Below, piece after piece: positions 1-7,514 of a stretch of DNA of 33,764 nt (the stretch's first letter is position 1; each line of letters opens with the position of its first letter). The position numbers and the translations under genes are program-made. Below the pieces are notes generated by a model, which saw nothing but the letters and a program-made list of their open reading frames with translations, had not been told where the DNA came from and did no database searches. This stretch comes from Planctomycetota bacterium (GTDB lineage Bacteria > Planctomycetota > UBA11346), in contig JANMYZ010000162.1 of assembly GCA_031382605.1 (NCBI GenBank), forward strand, positions 1 to 33,764, written 5' to 3'.

Positions 1-22
1 TACTGCTGCTGCGTGAGGAAAT

Positions 23-457
23 TCACGGAAGCAAATCTGCGGGCAGTTCCACCACACCAATGGCGCGATCGACTGCCGTTAAAACGGCGCGATGCCAAGG
101 GCTCAGCGGCAGTCCGCTCAGCGCCAGCGGCGGAATCCACACCGCGATATGCCCAGGCTCGGTTGCCAGGCGGGTGGATCGCGGCATCGGGCAATGAAAG
201 AATCGCGCAATGAAGTGTCGACCTTGGCGCAGCTCGCAAGCCGGAAGCAGAGACGTCGCCGTCCATTTCAGTTCTTCGTCGAGTTCGCGCAGCAGACACG
301 TTTCAGCAGATTCCTGAGGTTCACGCCGACCACCGAAGCAGGTCAACTGGGCCGCAGCGTGGCGCGCGCTCGCCGGGCGCAATTGCAGTAACCGAAATCC
401 ATCAGGAGCACTGATGATCGCGCACGCGTAATTAGGAAGATCTGCCATCATCGACAT
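23..457 (-). CDS. NUDIX hydrolase
   Basis: ORF 23..694 (-) contains a Nudix box, GRREPQESAETCLLRELDEELKW (G-x5-E-x7-R-E-U-x-E-E). I trimmed the start to the ATG at 455-457 (MSMMADLPNY...) because the 79 upstream codons read through a palindromic repeat and give an Arg/Pro/Gly-rich artefact peptide. The stop codon is TGA at 23-25. Confidence 0.75.
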   Translation of the reverse strand: MSMMADLPNYACAIISAPDGFRLLQLRPASARHAAAQLTCFGGRREPQESAETCLLRELDEELKWTATSLLPACELRQGRHFIARFFHCPMPRSTRLATEPGHIAVWIPPLALSGLPLSPWHRAVLTAVDRAIGVVELPADLLP

Positions 458-568
458 GCCCGTATCTAGGTCGCTGGCAGCTAAGCGGCAACCCTCGGGG
501 TTCAGCCAACGCCGTTGCTTTACGTCTCTCATGCGCTCAACGACCCACGGCGGATTCATAGCGAGAGC

Positions 569-736
569 CCCAACGGGGCGGCCCAATACAGCCCAGGGCA
601 ACGCCCTGGGTTGACGTACATTTTTCGTTAAAGCCCTGAAAGGGCGACCGAATCGACGGTCGTTTGGCCGCCCCTTCAGGGCTCTATCATCCATCGGCCC
701 ACGTTTCCCAGGGCTATATTAGACCGCCCCGTTGGG
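569..736. repeat. nested palindromic (REP/MITE-like) element
   Basis: The outer 13-bp inverted repeat is cccaacggggcgg (569-581) with ccgccccgttggg (724-736). One inner hairpin is cccaggg-caacg-ccctggg (592-610). A second pairs agccctgaaagggcg (632-646) with cgccccttcagggct (669-683), with 1 mismatch and a gaccg/cggtc core at 646-661. Confidence 0.6.
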
Positions 737-814
737 CAATGGCTGTTATCTTAGTCGGTAACCGCCTTTATTTTCAATAGCTTACGCTGCTATCTGCTTG
801 GTCTTTGTGGGATA

Positions 815-1162
815 TTAGGAGCCGTTGGGGCCTTTTCTTTCCCGTTGGAATTTCCGTCCAGATTTATAGAGAAATGTGGTTGTGAAGAGCAGTTTTAATT
901 TTGGTGGCGGACCATCGTCGTCATTGATTTTTTGGGTGAGGGCGTTGCTGATGGTGTCCCAGGCGACTCTGAGGGCGGCGCGAAATTTGGCTTTGCGAAA
1001 GCCGTCTTGAACGGTGCAGAGGAGGTCGGTGATGTGGTTGGTGTGGTGGGCGATGGCGGTGCGGATGGCGGCGACGGCCTGCATGACGAGTATGATGATC
1101 ATAAACCCCGCTAAGAACCCCGCACACCGAACACGCCATTTGCTTCCCGGCAGCATGCCCAA
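815..1162 (-). CDS. hypothetical protein (weak call)
   Basis: This 115-aa ORF has one hydrophobic segment (FLAGFMIIILVMQAVAAI). I see no recognisable motif and no clear RBS, and competing ORFs overlap it in other frames. Confidence 0.2.
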   Translation of the reverse strand: MGMLPGSKWRVRCAGFLAGFMIIILVMQAVAAIRTAIAHHTNHITDLLCTVQDGFRKAKFRAALRVAWDTISNALTQKINDDDGPPPKLKLLFTTTFLYKSGRKFQRERKGPNGS

Positions 1163-1384
1163 CCACCACCGTCACGTTTCGATCAGCGAAACTCAACCGA
1201 ATGTCCAACACCTCCCAGGGAGCAACAAGGCCAAGGATCCGTTAATAGAGTTCACGATCGTTCATGGCCTCATCCTCTCAGCGAGAATCAGAAAAGGCAC
1301 CTATTTGACCCACACGGAAGCCGGAAGAACCCGAAATAGTGTGCAAGGGCATTTTTTAGCGAAAATTAAAATGCGATAAAACAC

Positions 1385-1409
1385 AAAAAAACCACGGTTT
1401 TCACCGTGG
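1385..1409 (-). terminator. rho-independent terminator of the tRNA-Val/tRNA-Asp unit
   Basis: On the minus strand a 7-bp stem (ccacggt/accgtgg, 1392-1398 with 1403-1409) and a 4-nt loop are followed by a run of 7 T (plus-strand A run 1385-1391). It lies directly 3' of tRNA-Asp. Confidence 0.7.
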
Positions 1410-1418
1410 GTTTGATGT

Positions 1419-1495
1419 TGGCGACCTGGACGGGACTTGAACCCGTGACCTCCGCCGTGACAAGGCGGCGCTCTAACCAACTGAGCTACCAGGCC
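1419..1495 (-). tRNA. tRNA-Asp: tRNA-Asp (anticodon GUC), CCA encoded
   Basis: The reverse complement is GGCCTGGTAGCTCAGTTGGTTAGAGCGCCGCCTTGTCACGGCGGAGGTCACGGGTTCAAGTCCCGTCCAGGTCGCCA. It folds as a cloverleaf with a 7-bp acceptor stem, anticodon stem CCGCC/GGCGG, loop TTGTCAC, T-loop GGTTCAAGTCC and a 3' CCA. Confidence 0.93.
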
Positions 1496-1518
1496 AATTG
1501 TAAAAACACATGTCGGTA

Positions 1519-1594
1519 TGGTAGGCGATGAGGGATTCGAACCCCCGACCAACTCCGTGTAAAGGAGCCGCTCTAGCCGCTGAGCTAATCGCCC
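1519..1594 (-). tRNA. tRNA-Val: tRNA-Val (anticodon UAC), CCA encoded
   Basis: The reverse complement is GGGCGATTAGCTCAGCGGCTAGAGCGGCTCCTTTACACGGAGTTGGTCGGGGGTTCGAATCCCTCATCGCCTACCA. The anticodon loop is TTTACAC, the T-loop is GGTTCGAATCC, the acceptor stem is GGGCGAT/ATCGCCT, and a 3' CCA is present. Confidence 0.93.
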
Positions 1595-1898
1595 TTGAGC
1601 CGTGAACCTCGTCGCGCAAACCGACCTGCGCGACGAGGCGGCGGATTCTGTAAAGCACTCTTAGATCTGCAAGGGGGGAAGTGAGAGGTTTCGGTGAATC
1701 TTTGGGGACGAATATTTATAGTGGGTGTGTGGTGCTGCGCGAACGCAGGCAGGGGTCGGCTTGATCTCCCGAATAGTCTGAGTGTATGTTAGGCAAACCT
1801 AAGTGCTGGCATCGACGTAGGTCATCTACGTAGGCACTGAGAGAGAGACGAAGAAGCGCTGCCTTTTACCAAGGTGGCTGCTTGAGGAGAAAGGGCCT

Positions 1899-3905
1899 GT
1901 GGCCGCTGACGCGTTACGCATTACTGACGGCGAATCACATTGCCGGATTCCTGATCCCGCGAGTGGGACGATCAATGCTCCGTTGTTGGAGATCGGATTA
2001 CAGGGTGCGTTGGTTGATACCAAAGTGCAGTTGGAGGCGAACGCCTATATTGATGTGACGTTGGCGCTCAAAGATCTCGCTCCACGGCAATTGTTCGCTC
2101 ATGTGGTGACGTCGGGCGACAAAGGTCTGAGTTTGCGTTGGCTGCATTTTGATCCGGGTGAAGAGACCAAACTTAAAAGTTTGCTTGAGGGCTATGCGCG
2201 CGCGCGTGCCGGCAATCAGGCATCGAATGCTCAATCTGGCACGCGGCGGGTGATTCGGCCGAAGGGCGATGCTCAGCCTGCGACTTCAGAGTTGACGTCA
2301 TCGACTCCGTCTGTGACTCGGCGGTTGGTGCGCCCGACCGCGTCGGCAATTACTCCGTTTAGTGATGTGCCAGTGACGCCGTCATCTTCGGCATCAAGCG
2401 CTCCTGATAACGCTTCGAGTGCTCGGATCGGGACGCGTCGTGTGGTGCGGCCAAGCCAGCAGCCGTTGACGCCATTTGCCGACGTGATCAGCGAGCCGAC
2501 GCCAGCCGTTGGTGAAGAGTCACGTATACATCAAGTGGTGATTGAGCCGACGGACCGCTTCGAAAAAATGATTGATGTTGGCGAGGAAAAAGCGCGTTCT
2601 GGTGCGCCTGCGGCCAAGCCCGCGTCAATGCCTGCTGCTTTGTCGGCCGCCGAGCCGTTAGTGCATACGCCAGCAATCGGCAATCCCGTGGTTTCTGCTG
2701 TCGCTAGCGGCGGAGCGTCAGCGGTTGAGCCGAAAGCTGTTCGTGATGAAAGCGGTGCGCAATCGTTGGCCGGCGGCAGGGCCGCAGTTTTAGGCAAAGA
2801 TGGGCGCATGGATATTGGCGCCTCGATTCGCAGTCACGCGAAGACCATTCGAGCGTCTGAGCTGGCATCTCGTCATGAGCGCGTGCGCGTGCTCAATATG
2901 GCGACGATCAAGAGCCTTATTACAGAGGCGGTTGAGGAGGCGGCATCATACCTGACGCGATCGCTGGGTGAGGCCGAGCGGAAACGATTACTCGAAGAAG
3001 CCGAAGAAGGATTTCAGGAGCGACTCAAATCATTTCAGGCTGAAAAGCAGTCGGCGGAAGAACGTGCGAAGCGCTTGAATGAGCAGCTTGAATCTGCGCG
3101 GAACTTACTGGAAGAAGAACGTAAGCGTTCGATTAAAGCCGATCAATTCACGGTTTCTGCTGAAGGACTTGGCGAGATCGAAGAACGTTTTCAACGTTTC
3201 CTCGATCGCACGTTGGTGGCCGGCAAGGTGCCGCCAGATGTGGAAGAAGATTTACGTCAAGTCATCGCGCGCGTTCTTGATAGTGAACGCGAACGGATAC
3301 GCGCCAAAGAGCTTGAAGCGCAGAACGCCAAGATCGAATTGCTTGAGCGAAAAATCAATCGCTTGGCGGGATCGCTGGAAGAATCCGAAAAGCAGCGTGA
3401 TGAAGCGCAGCGTTTCTCGGCGTTCCTCGAATCGCAGGGCGGTGGTGCGCTGCGCAACGTTTATGATGCTGGCATCAAATCAGAGGATCCGAACAAGGAG
3501 AAAAAACTTTCTTTGATGAAGAAGATCTTGGATGAAAATCGCGCTCTCCGCCAATCGCTTGGCATTCAACTGAACGAGGCCAAAGACGAGCCAAAGGCAG
3601 AAGTTAAAGTTGAAGCGAAGAAGGCTGATTCTTTCGTAGCGGCTCCTGTTTCTGCTCCTGCTCCAGTCGCTTCAGTTCCTGCTGCGGATGTCGCGCCGGA
3701 TGGCGAAGATGAAGTGAGCGCGGATCAATCGACTGACGCTGAAAGCGCGGAAAATAGCGGCGAACCCGAAGTTAATCCCGACGACGAAGTGTGGGAGGTC
3801 AAGCCGTTGGCCAACACCACCGAGGGCATCAATCAATCCGGTATCAAACGCATCGATGTCACCAATGTGCTCAACAAGGGGCCGCCACCACTCGAACGTC
3901 GCTGA
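1899..3905 (+). CDS. PilZ-like N-terminal domain / TRRxVRP-repeat / coiled-coil / acidic-tail protein (no named family recognised)
   Basis: The gene uses a GTG start at 1899 with a GAGGAG Shine-Dalgarno about 9 nt upstream. Residues 1-100 resemble a PilZ barrel (LLEIGLQGALVDT ... GLSLRWLHFDPGEETKLKSLLE) but lack RxxxR and D-x-S-x-x-G. Residues 114-196 carry 3 copies of TRR-x-VRP. Residues ~355-560 are heptad-rich in E/R/K/L. Residues ~596-633 form an Asp/Glu-rich tail. Confidence 0.8.
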   Translation: MAADALRITDGESHCRIPDPASGTINAPLLEIGLQGALVDTKVQLEANAYIDVTLALKDLAPRQLFAHVVTSGDKGLSLRWLHFDPGEETKLKSLLEGYARARAGNQASNAQSGTRRVIRPKGDAQPATSELTSSTPSVTRRLVRPTASAITPFSDVPVTPSSSASSAPDNASSARIGTRRVVRPSQQPLTPFADVISEPTPAVGEESRIHQVVIEPTDRFEKMIDVGEEKARSGAPAAKPASMPAALSAAEPLVHTPAIGNPVVSAVASGGASAVEPKAVRDESGAQSLAGGRAAVLGKDGRMDIGASIRSHAKTIRASELASRHERVRVLNMATIKSLITEAVEEAASYLTRSLGEAERKRLLEEAEEGFQERLKSFQAEKQSAEERAKRLNEQLESARNLLEEERKRSIKADQFTVSAEGLGEIEERFQRFLDRTLVAGKVPPDVEEDLRQVIARVLDSERERIRAKELEAQNAKIELLERKINRLAGSLEESEKQRDEAQRFSAFLESQGGGALRNVYDAGIKSEDPNKEKKLSLMKKILDENRALRQSLGIQLNEAKDEPKAEVKVEAKKADSFVAAPVSAPAPVASVPAADVAPDGEDEVSADQSTDAESAENSGEPEVNPDDEVWEVKPLANTTEGINQSGIKRIDVTNVLNKGPPPLERR

Positions 3906-4041
3906 CACCGTTTTTTGGTGACTATCAATTCCTGGTGGCGCATGTCGCTAGGATCGAGTATCACCTTTCCACTCTTCAATCCATCACCACCACATGGCTG
4001 TCATTCCCGACAGCCTCTGACCACTCCAGCAGGAGTTTCCT

Positions 4042-5091
4042 ATGTCTGAAATCGATTATCTTGGCATCGACCTTGGCACCAGCCGTACGTCGATCACTTC
4101 GTCCACCGGCGTCCGCACCACGGTGTGGTCCTATGTGGGTTATCCCAAGGATCACGTCGCCAAGAAGAAAATGGGTGGTCGTGAGATCATCTATGGCAAG
4201 GAGGCGCTCGATAATCGTATGGCATTGAACCTCTTCCGCCCACTCGCTGGTGGTTCGGTTAAGGTCAAGGGTGCGAAAGACACCGGCGAAACCCGGAAGG
4301 CAGTGAAAGATCTGCTCGAATACGTCGTCGCCCAGGCTAAGTCCGCCAAGGGCTCGACCATTTACGCCGTCATCGGTGCTCCTGCCGAAGCCAGCGTTGA
4401 AGGTAAGGCCACCATTCTTGATGCGGCTTCCAACTGCATCGACTCGGTGATCGTGACCTCCGAACCGTTTGCGGTCGCTTACGGTCTCGATTTCCTTGAC
4501 GATACCTTGGTGGTCGACATCGGCGCAGGTACCACCGATCTTTGCCGTGTTCACGGTAAAATGCCCGATCCGGAAGATCAGCGCACGCACACCATCGCTG
4601 GTGATGCGATTGATCAATTGCTGGCCAACTTGATCAAAGAAAAACATCCTGAGGCGCAGTTCTCCATCAACATGATCCGTGAGATCAAAGAACGCCATGC
4701 ATCCGTTTCGACGCGCATGGAAGAGGTGTTCGAGATGTTGCCTGTGGCCGGTAAGCCAACCAAGTTCAATCTGACGGACTTGGTTTACAAAGCTTGTTAC
4801 TCATTGGTTCCTCCTACCATCGCAGCGCTACAAGATTTGATTGCTACCTACGATCCGGAATTCCAAGCCAAGATGCGCGGCAACGTGTTGCTGGGCGGCG
4901 GCGGCTGTCGTATCCAAGGTCTCGGTCTCGCGATTGAGAAAGCCCTGGAAGAATACGGTGGCGGTAAGGTGAAGACGGTTGAAGAACCAGAATACGCTGG
5001 CTCGAACGGCGCGCTCAAAATCGCGTTGGACATGCCAGAAACGTTCTGGAAGGAATTTAAATCGATCAAGAGTGATGCCGCTAAGGGCTAG
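4042..5091 (+). CDS. MamK-family actin-like (ASHKA superfamily) protein
   Basis: The ATG at 4042 has an AGGAG 6 nt upstream. The protein shows full-length similarity to MamK as I remember it. Shared motifs are LGIDLGTS, VGYPKD, AVIGAPAEAS, SEPFAVAYGLD, VDIGAGTTDLC, PDPEDQ, KHPEAQ, DPEFQA and GGGGCRIQGL, with a C-terminal ...FW. The length of 349 aa also matches. Confidence 0.85.
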   Translation: MSEIDYLGIDLGTSRTSITSSTGVRTTVWSYVGYPKDHVAKKKMGGREIIYGKEALDNRMALNLFRPLAGGSVKVKGAKDTGETRKAVKDLLEYVVAQAKSAKGSTIYAVIGAPAEASVEGKATILDAASNCIDSVIVTSEPFAVAYGLDFLDDTLVVDIGAGTTDLCRVHGKMPDPEDQRTHTIAGDAIDQLLANLIKEKHPEAQFSINMIREIKERHASVSTRMEEVFEMLPVAGKPTKFNLTDLVYKACYSLVPPTIAALQDLIATYDPEFQAKMRGNVLLGGGGCRIQGLGLAIEKALEEYGGGKVKTVEEPEYAGSNGALKIALDMPETFWKEFKSIKSDAAKG

Positions 5092-5114
5092 GCTTGGGGC
5101 GAAAGCCTATTTTT
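5089..5114 (+). terminator. rho-independent terminator after the actin-like gene
   Basis: A 7-bp stem (taggctt/aagccta, 5089-5095 with 5103-5109) with a 7-nt loop is followed by ttttt (5110-5114). It overlaps the TAG stop codon. Confidence 0.65.
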
Positions 5115-5125
5115 GCGAAAGATTG

Positions 5126-5166
5126 AAACAACTCGACCCGCGCCATTGGCGCGGGTCGAGTTGTTT
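5126..5166. terminator. strong bidirectional hairpin between convergent operons
   Basis: A 19-bp perfect stem pairs aaacaactcgacccgcgcc (5126-5144) with ggcgcgggtcgagttgttt (5148-5166). It has a 3-nt loop, is flanked by T-rich sequence, and lies between gene ends at 5091 (+) and 5208 (-). Confidence 0.7.
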
Positions 5167-5207
5167 TATGATCGAACCAAAAGCGTTCAGCAGAAAACGG
5201 AAGTCGT

Positions 5208-6131
5208 TTATTTGCCTTCAGGATTTGGCGATGGTGCCACGGGGGCAGCCACCGTCGGCGCAGGAGCGGGAGCGGCCGGCGCAATCGCTGGCGTTCCCGC
5301 AATCGCTGGCGTTCCCGCAACAGGTGCGGGAATATTTTCGGTGACTGGCGGCACGACCGGCGATAATGTGGCAGGGCTTATGGGTGCTGGAGCGATCTTG
5401 CTGCGTTTGAGCGCCCAGTATTCGCTTTTGGCTACTTCCACAAGTCTCGCGGCATTGGTGTCGGTACGGCTGATGACGCCTTCGAGTTTTGCGATGGCGT
5501 CATCGACTTTGCCAAGCGCTATCAAGGATTGCGCGGCGCCTAAAATAGCGGCGATTTGACGGTCAGGGTATTTCGATCCAGCAGCACCTTCAATTTTAAG
5601 ATAGCTACTTTCTGCCTCTGCATGTTTGCCGCTTTGGGAAAGTACGGCCGCTTCACTGAGGCCAACGGCCAATTCTAAATCGGGATCAACGGCTTTCATC
5701 GCCCATGAGCGCGCTTTTTCGGCAGTGCTCTTGGCGTTAGTGAGATCGTTTTCGGTACCGCGATCTAAATGAATTTGGGTAATTTCGATATAGGAACGCG
5801 CGCGGTAATACGGTGTGACGAGTTCGTCGTCGGCAACCGCTGAAAATGATTTTGCTGCTTCATCCAACTTGCTTTTACGGGTGATCTGATCTTGTGATTG
5901 ATCCGCTTCCATGCGGGCGGTCATGGCGTCCAGAAAACGACTTGCGCTGGCGGCAATCGGAGTGTCGCGGAGGCGGCCGTGAATCACTACTGAAGCAACG
6001 ATAATGGCCACTAAGATCACCAGGATCAATCCAATCCATTTAGTGATTCGCTGTGCCACCGTTTCTAAGCGGTCGTAGATAGGATCTGAATAACTCGTGG
6101 TTGGACCAGGAAGGTCGGGCTGCTGAGCCAT
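5208..6131 (-). CDS. membrane-anchored TPR-like protein with Pro/Ala-rich C-terminal tail (YfgM-like topology)
   Basis: This 307-aa protein has one N-terminal TM helix (WIGLILVILVAIIVASVVI). It is followed by helical repeat-like sequence (e.g. AEAESSYLKIEGAAG..., ALGKVDDAIAKLEGVI) and a P/A-rich tail. Confidence 0.6.
   Translation of the reverse strand: MAQQPDLPGPTTSYSDPIYDRLETVAQRITKWIGLILVILVAIIVASVVIHGRLRDTPIAASASRFLDAMTARMEADQSQDQITRKSKLDEAAKSFSAVADDELVTPYYRARSYIEITQIHLDRGTENDLTNAKSTAEKARSWAMKAVDPDLELAVGLSEAAVLSQSGKHAEAESSYLKIEGAAGSKYPDRQIAAILGAAQSLIALGKVDDAIAKLEGVISRTDTNAARLVEVAKSEYWALKRSKIAPAPISPATLSPVVPPVTENIPAPVAGTPAIAGTPAIAPAAPAPAPTVAAPVAPSPNPEGK
5281..5316. repeat. perfect 2 x 18-bp tandem repeat inside the CDS
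   Basis: The unit gcaatcgctggcgttccc occurs at 5281-5298 and again at 5299-5316. It encodes AGTPAI-AGTPAI in the tail of the TPR-like protein. Confidence 0.9.
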
Positions 6132-6166
6132 GATTGGGCACTTTCGAGAACGAGACAGGATAGAGT

Positions 6167-6625
6167 TCAGGGACCGGCAAGGATGGCCGATCGCAGGCGG
6201 AGGCGGATGGTAGTGCGCCCGTTGGTGCGTCCAGTCTCAAGAACCAATCGCTCTTGTCCCTTGTGCCACTGGAGTTTATCGGAGTGATTCGGTGCCGCTA
6301 TCCAGCCACGCGAGGTCAAATCTCGTTCCATCTCATCCAATAACTCGACGGCGGGCTGCTGCTTGGCTGATTCGCGTTGTTCCATAACCACTTCAAATCG
6401 ACGAACGCTTCCGCCCGCGAGGGTTACGGCAAGCTGATCCTCACCAGGGCTGAATGCATAACCGCGTGGCAGCGGGATGTCGGAAAATTGTTCCGGTGAA
6501 AACGCTGCCGGACCAGCGGCAGGAGGAAGCGCTCGCGGTTCTTCGCTGCAGCTCATCAACATAAAAACGGCTACGGTGCTGGTGAAAAAAGCGCAGCCTA
6601 GCCGGCCGAAACGTAGCGCGGTCAT
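6167..6625 (-). CDS. lipoprotein (unknown function)
   Basis: I trimmed the start to the ATG at 6623-6625 (MTALRFGRLGCAFFTSTVAVFMLMSC). This gives a signal peptide with the lipobox L-M-S-C. The start overlaps the stop of the FHA gene in an ATGA arrangement. Confidence 0.65.
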   Translation of the reverse strand: MTALRFGRLGCAFFTSTVAVFMLMSCSEEPRALPPAAGPAAFSPEQFSDIPLPRGYAFSPGEDQLAVTLAGGSVRRFEVVMEQRESAKQQPAVELLDEMERDLTSRGWIAAPNHSDKLQWHKGQERLVLETGRTNGRTTIRLRLRSAILAGP

Positions 6626-7314
6626 CACGCTTGTTTGTAGATAAAGTGACATCCGGCGATGGTGATCACATCACCAGGTTTCAACATGGCATCACTGACG
6701 TTTTTGCCATTAATCTTCACGGCTCGCCAACCGACGATGCTGATTAAGTGATGGCCACCAGCGGCTTTGACGATTTTCGCTTGGACTGGTTTAACCAAAA
6801 AACCTTTGGCCGGAATGTCCGCACCTGGGCTGGAGCCCATGGTGGTTTCGTCTTTGAGTAAAGACACATTCACCTGACGACCGCCTTGATCCAAGCTGAT
6901 TGCCATACGCTTCTGACCGGCATCGCCATTGGCCATCGCCTTGGCCAAAGCGGACTGGTCAACGAACATCGTCATTTCGCCGCCCATACCGGCGACGGCC
7001 TTCTTTTTGTCTTTGGGATCAGAGACGCCAACAGCGTCGTACAGCAAACTATGCTTGCCCATAATCACGCGATCACCGTTGTTGAGGCGGTGCTTGGTGA
7101 CCCGTTGGCCGCCGACGAAAGTCCCGTTATTGGAGCCTTTGTCGACCACTGCCCAGCCGTCGCCATCTCGAACCACTGAGCAGTGATGTCGAGAAACGCC
7201 AAGGTTATCGACTACGATTTCACAGTCCGTAGCGCGTCCCACGCGCATTTCATCTTTGTCGAGGGTGAAGTCACCTTGTGGGTCGGCTCCAAACATGACG
7301 GTAATCTTAGCCAT
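6625..7314 (-). CDS. FHA domain protein (canonical N-terminal FHA plus degenerate C-terminal FHA-like domain)
   Basis: I trimmed the start to the ATG at 7312-7314 (MAKITVMFG...), which has GGAG 6 nt upstream. The FHA signature is MRVGRATDCEIVVDNLGVSRHHCSVV...VVDKGSNNGTFVGGQRV...LNNGDRVIMGKHSL. The C-terminal part (TTMGSSPGADIP...VKINGKNV...LKPGDVITIAGCHFIY) has an FHA-like layout. Confidence 0.85.
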   Translation of the reverse strand: MAKITVMFGADPQGDFTLDKDEMRVGRATDCEIVVDNLGVSRHHCSVVRDGDGWAVVDKGSNNGTFVGGQRVTKHRLNNGDRVIMGKHSLLYDAVGVSDPKDKKKAVAGMGGEMTMFVDQSALAKAMANGDAGQKRMAISLDQGGRQVNVSLLKDETTMGSSPGADIPAKGFLVKPVQAKIVKAAGGHHLISIVGWRAVKINGKNVSDAMLKPGDVITIAGCHFIYKQA

Positions 7315-7514
7315 GCGAGACTCCTGCGAGGCGAGGACCATATTTTGGCGGAGCTGATGGTCAATGTTGGCTCGTAAGGCGTGGCGCACGACATGACTAC
7401 CGACCAATTGCCAGAGGGGGCGTTCGTTGAGTGAAACGAAGGTGTCGTGAGGTTGCATGGACTGATGCTTGCAAGACGAAAGGAGGTCGCCAGCATCCCT
7501 CGCCTTCGCAAACG

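Noticed and set aside
458-694. N-terminal 79 codons of ORF 23..694.
   Set aside because: These codons read through the palindromic element and give a low-complexity Arg/Pro/Gly peptide. An internal ATG at 455-457 gives a normal-length NUDIX protein.
921-1379. Overlapping ORFs 921..1211 (-), 932..1114 (+) and 1014..1379 (+).
   Set aside because: The products are His/Arg/Pro-rich or otherwise implausible and the ORFs overlap one another. None carries a motif. Only the 815..1162 ORF is kept, at low confidence.
3976-4698. 240-aa ORF antisense to the MamK-like gene.
   Set aside because: It is a shadow ORF opposite a gene with strong family signatures, and it has no motifs of its own.
5113-5559. 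148-aa plus-strand ORF overlapping the tail of the TPR-like gene, along with other small ORFs at 4979-5344.
   Set aside because: It is an Ala/Gly-rich antisense translation of the Pro/Ala tail, and it crosses two terminator hairpins.
1899-7314. The idea that the MamK-like gene marks a magnetosome gene island.
   Set aside because: I found no MamA/B/M/E/O/I/L/P/Q-like signatures (CDF transporters, HtrA/PDZ proteases, magnetochrome CXXCH pairs) anywhere in the window. The nearby TPR-like protein is membrane-anchored and unlike MamA.
6626-7458. Longer versions of the lipoprotein ORF (to 6652) and the FHA ORF (to 7458).
   Set aside because: The internal starts give a proper signal peptide or lipobox and an SD-preceded MAKITV start with an ATGA coupling. 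The extensions add non-domain sequence.
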